From the NCBI GenBank assembly GCA_000004985.1, contig GG738915.1: DNA of 64,000 bases. One strand, 5' to 3'. Each line of letters starts with the position of its first letter. Position 1 is the first letter of the stretch. Below, in pieces: positions 38,201 through 50,200 of the stretch. The position numbers and the translations under genes were made by a program. This DNA comes from Naegleria gruberi (taxonomy: Eukaryota). Below the pieces are notes generated by a model that was not told the origin of the DNA, ran no database searches, and was given only the letters and a program-made list of their open reading frames with translations.

Positions 38201-41200
38201 NNNNNNNNNNNNNNNNNNNNNNNNNNNNNNNNNNNNNNNNNNNNNNNNNNNNNNNNNNNNNNNNNNNNNNNNNNNNNNNNNNNNNNNNNNNNNNNNNNNN
38301 NNNNNNNNNNNNNNNNNNNNNNNNNNNNNNNNNNNNNNNNNNNNNNNNNNNNNNNNNNNNNNNNNNNNNNNNNNNNNNNNNNNNNNNNNNNNNNNNNNNN
38401 NNNNNNNNNNNNNNNNNNNNNNNNNNNNNNNNNNNNNNNNNNNNNNNNNNNNNNNNNNNNNNNNNNNNNNNNNNNNNNNNNNNNNNNNNNNNNNNNNNNN
38501 NNNNNNNNNNNNNNNNNNNNNNNNNNNNNNNNNNNNNNNNNNNNNNNNNNNNNNNNNNNNNNNNNNNNNNNNNNNNNNNNNNNNNNNNNNNNNNNNNNNN
38601 NNNNNNNNNNNNNNNNNNNNNNNNNNNNNNNNNNNNNNNNNNNNNNNNNNNNNNNNNNNNNNNNNNNNNNNNNNNNNNNNNNNNNNNNNNNNNNNNNNNN
38701 NNNNNNNNNNNNNNNNNNNNNNNNNNNNNNNNNNNNNNNNNNNNNNNNNNNNNNNNNNNNNNNNNNNNNNNNNNNNNNNNNNNNNNNNNNNNNNNNNNNN
38801 NNNNNNNNNNNNNNNNNNNNNNNNNNNNNNNNNNNNNNNNNNNNNNNNNNNNNNNNNNNNNNNNNNNNNNNNNNNNNNNNNNNNNNNNNNNNNNNNNNNN
38901 NNNNNNNNNNNNNNNNNNNNNNNNNNNNNNNNNNNNNNNNNNNNNNNNNNNNNNNNNNNNNNNNNNNNNNNNNNNNNNNNNNNNNNNNNNNNNNNNNNNN
39001 NNNNNNNNNNNNNNNNNNNNNNNNNNNNNNNNNNNNNNNNNNNNNNNNNNNNNNNNNNNNNNNNNNNNNNNNNNNNNNNNNNNNNNNNNNNNNNNNNNNN
39101 NNNNNNNNNNNNNNNNNNNNNNNNNNNNNNNNNNNNNNNNNNNNNNNNNNNNNNNNNNNNNNNNNNNNNNNNNNNNNNNNNNNNNNNNNNNNNNNNNNNN
39201 NNNNNNNNNNNNNNNNNNNNNNNNNNNNNNNNNNNNNNNNNNNNNNNNNNNNNNNNNNNNNNNNNNNNNNNNNNNNNNNNNNNNNNNNNNNNNNNNNNNN
39301 NNNNNNNNNNNNNNNNNNNNNNNNNNNNNNNNNNNNNNNNNNNNNNNNNNNNNNNNNNNNNNNNNNNNNNNNNNNNNNNNNNNNNNNNNNNNNNNNNNNN
39401 NNNNNNNNNNNNNNNNNNNNNNNNNNNNNNNNNNNNNNNNNNNNNNNNNNNNNNNNNNNNNNNNNNNNNNNNNNNNNNNNNNNNNNNNNNNNNNNNNNNN
39501 NNNNNNNNNNNNNNNNNNNNNNNNNNNNNNNNNNNNNNNNNNNNNNNNNNNNNNNNNNNNNNNNNNNNNNNNNNNNNNNNNNNNNNNNNNNNNNNNNNNN
39601 NNNNNNNNNNNNNNNNNNNNNNNNNNNNNNNNNNNNNNNNNNNNNNNNNNNNNNNNNNNNNNNNNNNNNNNNNNNNNNNNNNNNNNNNNNNNNNNNNNNN
39701 NNNNNNNNNNNNNNNNNNNNNNNNNNNNNNNNNNNNNNNNNNNNNNNNNNNNNNNNNNNNNNNNNNNNNNNNNNNNNNNNNNNNNNNNNNNNNNNNNNNN
39801 NNNNNNNNNNNNNNNNNNNNNNNNNNNNNNNNNNNNNNNNNNNNNNNNNNNNNNNNNNNNNNNNNNNNNNNNNNNNNNNNNNNNNNNNNNNNNNNNNNNN
39901 NNNNNNNNNNNNNNNNNNNNNNNNNNNNNNNNNNNNNNNNNNNNNNNNNNNNNNNNNNNNNNNNNNNNNNNNNNNNNNNNNNNNNNNNNNNNNNNNNNNN
40001 NNNNNNNNNNNNNNNNNNNNNNNNNNNNNNNNNNNNNNNNNNNNNNNNNNNNNNNNNNNNNNNNNNNNNNNNNNNNNNNNNNNNNNNNNNNNNNNNNNNN
40101 NNNNNNNNNNNNNNNNNNNNNNNNNNNNNNNNNNNNNNNNNNNNNNNNNNNNNNNNNNNNNNNNNNNNNNNNNNNNNNNNNNNNNNNNNNNNNNNNNNNN
40201 NNNNNNNNNNNNNNNNNNNNNNNNNNNNNNNNNNNNNNNNNNNNNNNNNNNNNNNNNNNNNNNNNNNNNNNNNNNNNNNNNNNNNNNNNNNNNNNNNNNN
40301 NNNNNNNNNNNNNNNNNNNNNNNNNNNNNNNNNNNNNNNNNNNNNNNNNNNNNNNNNNNNNNNNNNNNNNNNNNNNNNNNNNNNNNNNNNNNNNNNNNNN
40401 NNNNNNNNNNNNNNNNNNNNNNNNNNNNNNNNNNNNNNNNNNNNNNNNNNNNNNNNNNNNNNNNNNNNNNNNNNNNNNNNNNNNNNNNNNNNNNNNNNNN
40501 NNNNNNNNNNNNNNNNNNNNNNNNNNNNNNNNNNNNNNNNNNNNNNNNNNNNNNNNNNNNNNNNNNNNNNNNNNNNNNNNNNNNNNNNNNNNNNNNNNNN
40601 NNNNNNNNNNNNNNNNNNNNNNNNNNNNNNNNNNNNNNNNNNNNNNNNNNNNNNNNNNNNNNNNNNNNNNNNNNNNNNNNNNNNNNNNNNNNNNNNNNNN
40701 NNNNNNNNNNNNNNNNNNNNNNNNNNNNNNNNNNNNNNNNNNNNNNNNNNNNNNNNNNNNNNNNNNNNNNNNNNNNNNNNNNNNNNNNNNNNNNNNNNNN
40801 NNNNNNNNNNNNNNNNNNNNNNNNNNNNNNNNNNNNNNNNNNNNNNNNNNNNNNNNNNNNNNNNNNNNNNNNNNNNNNNNNNNNNNNNNNNNNNNNNNNN
40901 NNNNNNNNNNNNNNNNNNNNNNNNNNNNNNNNNNNNNNNNNNNNNNNNNNNNNNNNNNNNNNNNNNNNNNNNNNNNNNNNNNNNNNNNNNNNNNNNNNNN
41001 NNNNNNNNNNNNNNNNNNNNNNNNNNNNNNNNNNNNNNNNNNNNNNNNNNNNNNNNNNNNNNNNNNNNNNNNNNNNNNNNNNNNNNNNNNNNNNNNNNNN
41101 NNNNNNNNNNNNNNNNNNNNNNNNNNNNNNNNNNNNNNNNNNNNNNNNNNNNNNNNNNNNNNNNNNNNNNNNNNNNNNNNNNNNNNNNNNNNNNNNNNNN

Positions 41201-44200
41201 NNNNNNNNNNNNNNNNNNNNNNNNNNNNNNNNNNNNNNNNNNNNNNNNNNNNNNNNNNNNNNNNNNNNNNNNNNNNNNNNNNNNNNNNNNNNNNNNNNNN
41301 NNNNNNNNNNNNNNNNNNNNNNNNNNNNNNNNNNNNNNNNNNNNNNNNNNNNNNNNNNNNNNNNNNNNNNNNNNNNNNNNNNNNNNNNNNNNNNNNNNNN
41401 NNNNNNNNNNNNNNNNNNNNNNNNNNNNNNNNNNNNNNNNNNNNNNNNNNNNNNNNNNNNNNNNNNNNNNNNNNNNNNNNNNNNNNNNNNNNNNNNNNNN
41501 NNNNNNNNNNNNNNNNNNNNNNNNNNNNNNNNNNNNNNNNNNNNNNNNNNNNNNNNNNNNNNNNNNNNNNNNNNNNNNNNNNNNNNNNNNNNNNNNNNNN
41601 NNNNNNNNNNNNNNNNNNNNNNNNNNNNNNNNNNNNNNNNNNNNNNNNNNNNNNNNNNNNNNNNNNNNNNNNNNNNNNNNNNNNNNNNNNNNNNNNNNNN
41701 NNNNNNNNNNNNNNNNNNNNNNNNNNNNNNNNNNNNNNNNNNNNNNNNNNNNNNNNNNNNNNNNNNNNNNNNNNNNNNNNNNNNNNNNNNNNNNNNNNNN
41801 NNNNNNNNNNNNNNNNNNNNNNNNNNNNNNNNNNNNNNNNNNNNNNNNNNNNNNNNNNNNNNNNNNNNNNNNNNNNNNNNNNNNNNNNNNNNNNNNNNNN
41901 NNNNNNNNNNNNNNNNNNNNNNNNNNNNNNNNNNNNNNNNNNNNNNNNNNNNNNNNNNNNNNNNNNNNNNNNNNNNNNNNNNNNNNNNNNNNNNNNNNNN
42001 NNNNNNNNNNNNNNNNNNNNNNNNNNNNNNNNNNNNNNNNNNNNNNNNNNNNNNNNNNNNNNNNNNNNNNNNNNNNNNNNNNNNNNNNNNNNNNNNNNNN
42101 NNNNNNNNNNNNNNNNNNNNNNNNNNNNNNNNNNNNNNNNNNNNNNNNNNNNNNNNNNNNNNNNNNNNNNNNNNNNNNNNNNNNNNNNNNNNNNNNNNNN
42201 NNNNNNNNNNNNNNNNNNNNNNNNNNNNNNNNNNNNNNNNNNNNNNNNNNNNNNNNNNNNNNNNNNNNNNNNNNNNNNNNNNNNNNNNNNNNNNNNNNNN
42301 NNNNNNNNNNNNNNNNNNNNNNNNNNNNNNNNNNNNNNNNNNNNNNNNNNNNNNNNNNNNNNNNNNNNNNNNNNNNNNNNNNNNNNNNNNNNNNNNNNNN
42401 NNNNNNNNNNNNNNNNNNNNNNNNNNNNNNNNNNNNNNNNNNNNNNNNNNNNNNNNNNNNNNNNNNNNNNNNNNNNNNNNNNNNNNNNNNNNNNNNNNNN
42501 NNNNNNNNNNNNNNNNNNNNNNNNNNNNNNNNNNNNNNNNNNNNNNNNNNNNNNNNNNNNNNNNNNNNNNNNNNNNNNNNNNNNNNNNNNNNNNNNNNNN
42601 NNNNNNNNNNNNNNNNNNNNNNNNNNNNNNNNNNNNNNNNNNNNNNNNNNNNNNNNNNNNNNNNNNNNNNNNNNNNNNNNNNNNNNNNNNNNNNNNNNNN
42701 NNNNNNNNNNNNNNNNNNNNNNNNNNNNNNNNNNNNNNNNNNNNNNNNNNNNNNNNNNNNNNNNNNNNNNNNNNNNNNNNNNNNNNNNNNNNNNNNNNNN
42801 NNNNNNNNNNNNNNNNNNNNNNNNNNNNNNNNNNNNNNNNNNNNNNNNNNNNNNNNNNNNNNNNNNNNNNNNNNNNNNNNNNNNNNNNNNNNNNNNNNNN
42901 NNNNNNNNNNNNNNNNNNNNNNNNNNNNNNNNNNNNNNNNNNNNNNNNNNNNNNNNNNNNNNNNNNNNNNNNNNNNNNNNNNNNNNNNNNNNNNNNNNNN
43001 NNNNNNNNNNNNNNNNNNNNNNNNNNNNNNNNNNNNNNNNNNNNNNNNNNNNNNNNNNNNNNNNNNNNNNNNNNNNNNNNNNNNNNNNNNNNNNNNNNNN
43101 NNNNNNNNNNNNNNNNNNNNNNNNNNNNNNNNNNNNNNNNNNNNNNNNNNNNNNNNNNNNNNNNNNNNNNNNNNNNNNNNNNNNNNNNNNNNNNNNNNNN
43201 NNNNNNNNNNNNNNNNNNNNNNNNNNNNNNNNNNNNNNNNNNNNNNNNNNNNNNNNNNNNNNNNNNNNNNNNNNNNNNNNNNNNNNNNNNNNNNNNNNNN
43301 NNNNNNNNNNNNNNNNNNNNNNNNNNNNNNNNNNNNNNNNNNNNNNNNNNNNNNNNNNNNNNNNNNNNNNNNNNNNNNNNNNNNNNNNNNNNNNNNNNNN
43401 NNNNNNNNNNNNNNNNNNNNNNNNNNNNNNNNNNNNNNNNNNNNNNNNNNNNNNNNNNNNNNNNNNNNNNNNNNNNNNNNNNNNNNNNNNNNNNNNNNNN
43501 NNNNNNNNNNNNNNNNNNNNNNNNNNNNNNNNNNNNNNNNNNNNNNNNNNNNNNNNNNNNNNNNNNNNNNNNNNNNNNNNNNNNNNNNNNNNNNNNNNNN
43601 NNNNNNNNNNNNNNNNNNNNNNNNNNNNNNNNNNNNNNNNNNNNNNNNNNNNNNNNNNNNNNNNNNNNNNNNNNNNNNNNNNNNNNNNNNNNNNNNNNNN
43701 NNNNNNNNNNNNNNNNNNNNNNNNNNNNNNNNNNNNNNNNNNNNNNNNNNNNNNNNNNNNNNNNNNNNNNNNNNNNNNNNNNNNNNNNNNNNNNNNNNNN
43801 NNNNNNNNNNNNNNNNNNNNNNNNNNNNNNNNNNNNNNNNNNNNNNNNNNNNNNNNNNNNNNNNNNNNNNNNNNNNNNNNNNNNNNNNNNNNNNNNNNNN
43901 NNNNNNNNNNNNNNNNNNNNNNNNNNNNNNNNNNNNNNNNNNNNNNNNNNNNNNNNNNNNNNNNNNNNNNNNNNNNNNNNNNNNNNNNNNNNNNNNNNNN
44001 NNNNNNNNNNNNNNNNNNNNNNNNNNNNNNNNNNNNNNNNNNNNNNNNNNNNNNNNNNNNNNNNNNNNNNNNNNNNNNNNNNNNNNNNNNNNNNNNNNNN
44101 NNNNNNNNNNNNNNNNNNNNNNNNNNNNNNNNNNNNNNNNNNNNNNNNNNNNNNNNNNNNNNNNNNNNNNNNNNNNNNNNNNNNNNNNNNNNNNNNNNNN

Positions 44201-47200
44201 NNNNNNNNNNNNNNNNNNNNNNNNNNNNNNNNNNNNNNNNNNNNNNNNNNNNNNNNNNNNNNNNNNNNNNNNNNNNNNNNNNNNNNNNNNNNNNNNNNNN
44301 NNNNNNNNNNNNNNNNNNNNNNNNNNNNNNNNNNNNNNNNNNNNNNNNNNNNNNNNNNNNNNNNNNNNNNNNNNNNNNNNNNNNNNNNNNNNNNNNNNNN
44401 NNNNNNNNNNNNNNNNNNNNNNNNNNNNNNNNNNNNNNNNNNNNNNNNNNNNNNNNNNNNNNNNNNNNNNNNNNNNNNNNNNNNNNNNNNNNNNNNNNNN
44501 NNNNNNNNNNNNNNNNNNNNNNNNNNNNNNNNNNNNNNNNNNNNNNNNNNNNNNNNNNNNNNNNNNNNNNNNNNNNNNNNNNNNNNNNNNNNNNNNNNNN
44601 NNNNNNNNNNNNNNNNNNNNNNNNNNNNNNNNNNNNNNNNNNNNNNNNNNNNNNNNNNNNNNNNNNNNNNNNNNNNNNNNNNNNNNNNNNNNNNNNNNNN
44701 NNNNNNNNNNNNNNNNNNNNNNNNNNNNNNNNNNNNNNNNNNNNNNNNNNNNNNNNNNNNNNNNNNNNNNNNNNNNNNNNNNNNNNNNNNNNNNNNNNNN
44801 NNNNNNNNNNNNNNNNNNNNNNNNNNNNNNNNNNNNNNNNNNNNNNNNNNNNNNNNNNNNNNNNNNNNNNNNNNNNNNNNNNNNNNNNNNNNNNNNNNNN
44901 NNNNNNNNNNNNNNNNNNNNNNNNNNNNNNNNNNNNNNNNNNNNNNNNNNNNNNNNNNNNNNNNNNNNNNNNNNNNNNNNNNNNNNNNNNNNNNNNNNNN
45001 NNNNNNNNNNNNNNNNNNNNNNNNNNNNNNNNNNNNNNNNNNNNNNNNNNNNNNNNNNNNNNNNNNNNNNNNNNNNNNNNNNNNNNNNNNNNNNNNNNNN
45101 NNNNNNNNNNNNNNNNNNNNNNNNNNNNNNNNNNNNNNNNNNNNNNNNNNNNNNNNNNNNNNNNNNNNNNNNNNNNNNNNNNNNNNNNNNNNNNNNNNNN
45201 NNNNNNNNNNNNNNNNNNNNNNNNNNNNNNNNNNNNNNNNNNNNNNNNNNNNNNNNNNNNNNNNNNNNNNNNNNNNNNNNNNNNNNNNNNNNNNNNNNNN
45301 NNNNNNNNNNNNNNNNNNNNNNNNNNNNNNNNNNNNNNNNNNNNNNNNNNNNNNNNNNNNNNNNNNNNNNNNNNNNNNNNNNNNNNNNNNNNNNNNNNNN
45401 NNNNNNNNNNNNNNNNNNNNNNNNNNNNNNNNNNNNNNNNNNNNNNNNNNNNNNNNNNNNNNNNNNNNNNNNNNNNNNNNNNNNNNNNNNNNNNNNNNNN
45501 NNNNNNNNNNNNNNNNNNNNNNNNNNNNNNNNNNNNNNNNNNNNNNNNNNNNNNNNNNNNNNNNNNNNNNNNNNNNNNNNNNNNNNNNNNNNNNNNNNNN
45601 NNNNNNNNNNNNNNNNNNNNNNNNNNNNNNNNNNNNNNNNNNNNNNNNNNNNNNNNNNNNNNNNNNNNNNNNNNNNNNNNNNNNNNNNNNNNNNNNNNNN
45701 NNNNNNNNNNNNNNNNNNNNNNNNNNNNNNNNNNNNNNNNNNNNNNNNNNNNNNNNNNNNNNNNNNNNNNNNNNNNNNNNNNNNNNNNNNNNNNNNNNNN
45801 NNNNNNNNNNNNNNNNNNNNNNNNNNNNNNNNNNNNNNNNNNNNNNNNNNNNNNNNNNNNNNNNNNNNNNNNNNNNNNNNNNNNNNNNNNNNNNNNNNNN
45901 NNNNNNNNNNNNNNNNNNNNNNNNNNNNNNNNNNNNNNNNNNNNNNNNNNNNNNNNNNNNNNNNNNNNNNNNNNNNNNNNNNNNNNNNNNNNNNNNNNNN
46001 NNNNNNNNNNNNNNNNNNNNNNNNNNNNNNNNNNNNNNNNNNNNNNNNNNNNNNNNNNNNNNNNNNNNNNNNNNNNNNNNNNNNNNNNNNNNNNNNNNNN
46101 NNNNNNNNNNNNNNNNNNNNNNNNNNNNNNNNNNNNNNNNNNNNNNNNNNNNNNNNNNNNNNNNNNNNNNNNNNNNNNNNNNNNNNNNNNNNNNNNNNNN
46201 NNNNNNNNNNNNNNNNNNNNNNNNNNNNNNNNNNNNNNNNNNNNNNNNNNNNNNNNNNNNNNNNNNNNNNNNNNNNNNNNNNNNNNNNNNNNNNNNNNNN
46301 NNNNNNNNNNNNNNNNNNNNNNNNNNNNNNNNNNNNNNNNNNNNNNNNNNNNNNNNNNNNNNNNNNNNNNNNNNNNNNNNNNNNNNNNNNNNNNNNNNNN
46401 NNNNNNNNNNNNNNNNNNNNNNNNNNNNNNNNNNNNNNNNNNNNNNNNNNNNNNNNNNNNNNNNNNNNNNNNNNNNNNNNNNNNNNNNNNNNNNNNNNNN
46501 NNNNNNNNNNNNNNNNNNNNNNNNNNNNNNNNNNNNNNNNNNNNNNNNNNNNNNNNNNNNNNNNNNNNNNNNNNNNNNNNNNNNNNNNNNNNNNNNNNNN
46601 NNNNNNNNNNNNNNNNNNNNNNNNNNNNNNNNNNNNNNNNNNNNNNNNNNNNNNNNNNNNNNNNNNNNNNNNNNNNNNNNNNNNNNNNNNNNNNNNNNNN
46701 NNNNNNNNNNNNNNNNNNNNNNNNNNNNNNNNNNNNNNNNNNNNNNNNNNNNNNNNNNNNNNNNNNNNNNNNNNNNNNNNNNNNNNNNNNNNNNNNNNNN
46801 NNNNNNNNNNNNNNNNNNNNNNNNNNNNNNNNNNNNNNNNNNNNNNNNNNNNNNNNNNNNNNNNNNNNNNNNNNNNNNNNNNNNNNNNNNNNNNNNNNNN
46901 NNNNNNNNNNNNNNNNNNNNNNNNNNNNNNNNNNNNNNNNNNNNNNNNNNNNNNNNNNNNNNNNNNNNNNNNNNNNNNNNNNNNNNNNNNNNNNNNNNNN
47001 NNNNNNNNNNNNNNNNNNNNNNNNNNNNNNNNNNNNNNNNNNNNNNNNNNNNNNNNNNNNNNNNNNNNNNNNNNNNNNNNNNNNNNNNNNNNNNNNNNNN
47101 NNNNNNNNNNNNNNNNNNNNNNNNNNNNNNNNNNNNNNNNNNNNNNNNNNNNNNNNNNNNNNNNNNNNNNNNNNNNNNNNNNNNNNNNNNNNNNNNNNNN

Positions 47201-50200
47201 NNNNNNNNNNNNNNNNNNNNNNNNNNNNNNNNNNNNNNNNNNNNNNNNNNNNNNNNNNNNNNNNNNNNNNNNNNNNNNNNNNNNNNNNNNNNNNNNNNNN
47301 NNNNNNNNNNNNNNNNNNNNNNNNNNNNNNNNNNNNNNNNNNNNNNNNNNNNNNNNNNNNNNNNNNNNNNNNNNNNNNNNNNNNNNNNNNNNNNNNNNNN
47401 NNNNNNNNNNNNNNNNNNNNNNNNNNNNNNNNNNNNNNNNNNNNNNNNNNNNNNNNNNNNNNNNNNNNNNNNNNNNNNNNNNNNNNNNNNNNNNNNNNNN
47501 NNNNNNNNNNNNNNNNNNNNNNNNNNNNNNNNNNNNNNNNNNNNNNNNNNNNNNNNNNNNNNNNNNNNNNNNNNNNNNNNNNNNNNNNNNNNNNNNNNNN
47601 NNNNNNNNNNNNNNNNNNNNNNNNNNNNNNNNNNNNNNNNNNNNNNNNNNNNNNNNNNNNNNNNNNNNNNNNNNNNNNNNNNNNNNNNNNNNNNNNNNNN
47701 NNNNNNNNNNNNNNNNNNNNNNNNNNNNNNNNNNNNNNNNNNNNNNNNNNNNNNNNNNNNNNNNNNNNNNNNNNNNNNNNNNNNNNNNNNNNNNNNNNNN
47801 NNNNNNNNNNNNNNNNNNNNNNNNNNNNNNNNNNNNNNNNNNNNNNNNNNNNNNNNNNNNNNNNNNNNNNNNNNNNNNNNNNNNNNNNNNNNNNNNNNNN
47901 NNNNNNNNNNNNNNNNNNNNNNNNNNNNNNNNNNNNNNNNNNNNNNNNNNNNNNNNNNNNNNNNNNNNNNNNNNNNNNNNNNNNNNNNNNNNNNNNNNNN
48001 NNNNNNNNNNNNNNNNNNNNNNNNNNNNNNNNNNNNNNNNNNNNNNNNNNNNNNNNNNNNNNNNNNNNNNNNNNNNNNNNNNNNNNNNNNNNNNNNNNNN
48101 NNNNNNNNNNNNNNNNNNNNNNNNNNNNNNNNNNNNNNNNNNNNNNNNNNNNNNNNNNNNNNNNNNNNNNNNNNNNNNNNNNNNNNNNNNNNNNNNNNNN
48201 NNNNNNNNNNNNNNNNNNNNNNNNNNNNNNNNNNNNNNNNNNNNNNNNNNNNNNNNNNNNNNNNNNNNNNNNNNNNNNNNNNNNNNNNNNNNNNNNNNNN
48301 NNNNNNNNNNNNNNNNNNNNNNNNNNNNNNNNNNNNNNNNNNNNNNNNNNNNNNNNNNNNNNNNNNNNNNNNNNNNNNNNNNNNNNNNNNNNNNNNNNNN
48401 NNNNNNNNNNNNNNNNNNNNNNNNNNNNNNNNNNNNNNNNNNNNNNNNNNNNNNNNNNNNNNNNNNNNNNNNNNNNNNNNNNNNNNNNNNNNNNNNNNNN
48501 NNNNNNNNNNNNNNNNNNNNNNNNNNNNNNNNNNNNNNNNNNNNNNNNNNNNNNNNNNNNNNNNNNNNNNNNNNNNNNNNNNNNNNNNNNNNNNNNNNNN
48601 NNNNNNNNNNNNNNNNNNNNNNNNNNNNNNNNNNNNNNNNNNNNNNNNNNNNNNNNNNNNNNNNNNNNNNNNNNNNNNNNNNNNNNNNNNNNNNNNNNNN
48701 NNNNNNNNNNNNNNNNNNNNNNNNNNNNNNNNNNNNNNNNNNNNNNNNNNNNNNNNNNNNNNNNNNNNNNNNNNNNNNNNNNNNNNNNNNNNNNNNNNNN
48801 NNNNNNNNNNNNNNNNNNNNNNNNNNNNNNNNNNNNNNNNNNNNNNNNNNNNNNNNNNNNNNNNNNNNNNNNNNNNNNNNNNNNNNNNNNNNNNNNNNNN
48901 NNNNNNNNNNNNNNNNNNNNNNNNNNNNNNNNNNNNNNNNNNNNNNNNNNNNNNNNNNNNNNNNNNNNNNNNNNNNNNNNNNNNNNNNNNNNNNNNNNNN
49001 NNNNNNNNNNNNNNNNNNNNNNNNNNNNNNNNNNNNNNNNNNNNNNNNNNNNNNNNNNNNNNNNNNNNNNNNNNNNNNNNNNNNNNNNNNNNNNNNNNNN
49101 NNNNNNNNNNNNNNNNNNNNNNNNNNNNNNNNNNNNNNNNNNNNNNNNNNNNNNNNNNNNNNNNNNNNNNNNNNNNNNNNNNNNNNNNNNNNNNNNNNNN
49201 NNNNNNNNNNNNNNNNNNNNNNNNNNNNNNNNNNNNNNNNNNNNNNNNNNNNNNNNNNNNNNNNNNNNNNNNNNNNNNNNNNNNNNNNNNNNNNNNNNNN
49301 NNNNNNNNNNNNNNNNNNNNNNNNNNNNNNNNNNNNNNNNNNNNNNNNNNNNNNNNNNNNNNNNNNNNNNNNNNNNNNNNNNNNNNNNNNNNNNNNNNNN
49401 NNNNNNNNNNNNNNNNNNNNNNNNNNNNNNNNNNNNNNNNNNNNNNNNNNNNNNNNNNNNNNNNNNNNNNNNNNNNNNNNNNNNNNNNNNNNNNNNNNNN
49501 NNNNNNNNNNNNNNNNNNNNNNNNNNNNNNNNNNNNNNNNNNNNNNNNNNNNNNNNNNNNNNNNNNNNNNNNNNNNNNNNNNNNNNNNNNNNNNNNNNNN
49601 NNNNNNNNNNNNNNNNNNNNNNNNNNNNNNNNNNNNNNNNNNNNNNNNNNNNNNNNNNNNNNNNNNNNNNNNNNNNNNNNNNNNNNNNNNNNNNNNNNNN
49701 NNNNNNNNNNNNNNNNNNNNNNNNNNNNNNNNNNNNNNNNNNNNNNNNNNNNNNNNNNNNNNNNNNNNNNNNNNNNNNNNNNNNNNNNNNNNNNNNNNNN
49801 NNNNNNNNNNNNNNNNNNNNNNNNNNNNNNNNNNNNNNNNNNNNNNNNNNNNNNNNNNNNNNNNNNNNNNNNNNNNNNNNNNNNNNNNNNNNNNNNNNNN
49901 NNNNNNNNNNNNNNNNNNNNNNNNNNNNNNNNNNNNNNNNNNNNNNNNNNNNNNNNNNNNNNNNNNNNNNNNNNNNNNNNNNNNNNNNNNNNNNNNNNNN
50001 NNNNNNNNNNNNNNNNNNNNNNNNNNNNNNNNNNNNNNNNNNNNNNNNNNNNNNNNNNNNNNNNNNNNNNNNNNNNNNNNNNNNNNNNNNNNNNNNNNNN
50101 NNNNNNNNNNNNNNNNNNNNNNNNNNNNNNNNNNNNNNNNNNNNNNNNNNNNNNNNNNNNNNNNNNNNNNNNNNNNNNNNNNNNNNNNNNNNNNNNNNNN